A DNA stretch of 25,031 nucleotides, from the IMG/VR virus record IMGVR_UViG_3300005804_000109, positions 1 to 25,031 of that record, one strand, 5' to 3'. How positions within the stretch are numbered: position 1 is the stretch's first letter; each line of letters starts with the position of its first letter. Positions 23,910 through 25,031 of this stretch are shown here, one piece after another. The translations under genes were made by a program, and so were the position numbers. The notes beneath the pieces are model-generated. The model worked only from the letters and a program-made list of their open reading frames with translations. It had not been told where the DNA came from and did no database searches. Origin of the DNA: a virus (lineage: Duplodnaviria; Caudoviricetes).

Positions 23910-25031
23910 ATGAAAATCCCCTTCCTATCCCGCCTATTCCGATCCCGCGCCAGTCCGCACAACAACTGGTGGGGCAGTCCCTATAGCTTCTTCTTTGGCA
24001 CCAGCACCAGCGGCAAGGCGGTCAATGAGCGAACGGCACTGCAGACCACGGCGGTCTACGCTTGTGTTCGGATTCTGGCCGAAACCATCGCCTCGTTGCC
24101 GCTCCATACCTACCGTTATACCGCTAACGGCAAAGAAAAAGCAGCAGACCATCCACTGTATTACCTGCTGCACAGCGAGCCCAACCCCGAGATGACTTCA
24201 TTCGTGTTTCGCGAGACACTGATGGGTCATCTTTTATTATGGGGCAATGCCTATGCCCAAATCATCCGCGACGGCCGGGGGAAAGTGGTGGCCTTATATC
24301 CCCTCTTGCCCAACAACATGGTCGTCAACCGAACCGACCAAGGCATTCTGTACTACCAATACCAAAAAGACGGGCAAAGCTACTTTCTCCGTAGTTCCGA
24401 GGTGTTGCACATCCCGGGGCTCGGCTTTGATGGGCTCATCGGCTATTCGCCGATCGCCATGGCCAAGAACGCCATCGGCATGGCCATCGCCACCGAAGAA
24501 TACGGCGCCAAGTTCTTTGCTAATGGCGCCAACCCCGGCGGTGTGCTGGAGCACCCCGGGGTGGTCAAGGATCCGGCCCGAGTCCGGGATAGCTGGAACG
24601 CTGTGTATCAGGGAAGCGGCAATGCGCACCGAATCGCAGTGATCGAGGAAGGTATGAAGTTTCAGCCGATCGGTATCCCGCCGGAGCAGGCGCAGTTCCT
24701 GGAAACGCGCAAGTTCCAGATCAACGAGATTGCCCGGATCTTCCGCATTCCGCCCCACATGATCGGCGATCTGGAGAAGTCCAGCTTTTCCAACATCGAA
24801 CAGCAGTCCCTGGAGTTTGTCATGTACACCTTGGATCCCTGGGTGCTGCGCTGGGAACAGGCCCTACAGCGGGCCTTATTCAGTGACAGCGAGAAGCAGC
24901 GGTACTTCGTGAAGTTCAACGTGGACGGGCTGCTCCGCGGCGACTACCAAAGCCGGATGAACGGCTATGCCGTAGGGAGGCAAAACGGCTGGCTGTCCAG
25001 CAACGACATCCGGGAACTGGAAAACCTGAAC
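23910..25031 (+). CDS. HK97-family portal protein (3' end beyond window; absent from the ORF track)
   Basis: AGGAGGTG RBS; MKIPFLSRLF...AVYACVRILAETIASLPL...PNPEMTSF.FRETLM.HLLLWGNAYA...AQFLETRKFQINEIARIFRIPPHMIG. Confidence 0.95.
   Translation, partial: MKIPFLSRLFRSRASPHNNWWGSPYSFFFGTSTSGKAVNERTALQTTAVYACVRILAETIASLPLHTYRYTANGKEKAADHPLYYLLHSEPNPEMTSFVFRETLMGHLLLWGNAYAQIIRDGRGKVVALYPLLPNNMVVNRTDQGILYYQYQKDGQSYFLRSSEVLHIPGLGFDGLIGYSPIAMAKNAIGMAIATEEYGAKFFANGANPGGVLEHPGVVKDPARVRDSWNAVYQGSGNAHRIAVIEEGMKFQPIGIPPEQAQFLETRKFQINEIARIFRIPPHMIGDLEKSSFSNIEQQSLEFVMYTLDPWVLRWEQALQRALFSDSEKQRYFVKFNVDGLLRGDYQSRMNGYAVGRQNGWLSSNDIRELENLN

Larger units (their letters stand above)
4267..25031 (+). mobile_element. 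Prophage (temperate siphovirus-like; left boundary uncertain, probably includes 1..4266)
   Basis: Canonical order repressor/cro, replication, late regulator, HNH/cos, terminase, portal. Confidence 0.92.

Noticed and set aside
23804-24919. Several short ORFs listed in the ORF track
   Set aside because: Alternative frames of the portal gene, which the track missed because it has no stop in the window

Overview
Left and central part of a temperate, HK97-type cos-packaging prophage from a Firmicutes host, inferred from sigma-A promoters, strong AGGAGG RBSs and gene content. Gene order: (i) accessory left arm with an HTH/Zn-finger gene, an FRG-domain gene and a DUF5343-like gene followed by a structured leader, a 39-aa peptide and a YjzC-family gene; (ii) a divergent cI/cro-type switch whose repressor carries a PD-(D/E)xK nuclease-like C-terminus; (iii) a replication/recombination operon (SNF2 helicase, VRR-NUC, Cas4/RecB-like nuclease fused to an AAA_24 ATPase, DUF669, family-B DNA polymerase, AEP-primase/SF3 helicase) and an iteron-rich origin; (iv) a late regulator, then an inserted pair of toxin-antitoxin modules: an Abi_2/AbiF HEPN toxin frameshifted in its catalytic motif with a candidate small RNA antitoxin, and an orphan antitoxin with a RelE-like remnant; (v) late promoter, HNH, cos-like region, ParB-methyltransferase, small gene cassettes headed by a 52-bp repeat, and a candidate type IV HNH nuclease; (vi) terS, terL, an inserted Fic and 2Fe-2S/Zn gene pair, and the portal gene, which runs off the window. 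No integrase, tRNA, rRNA or CRISPR array was seen. Family names come from motif recognition by eye, not database searches.
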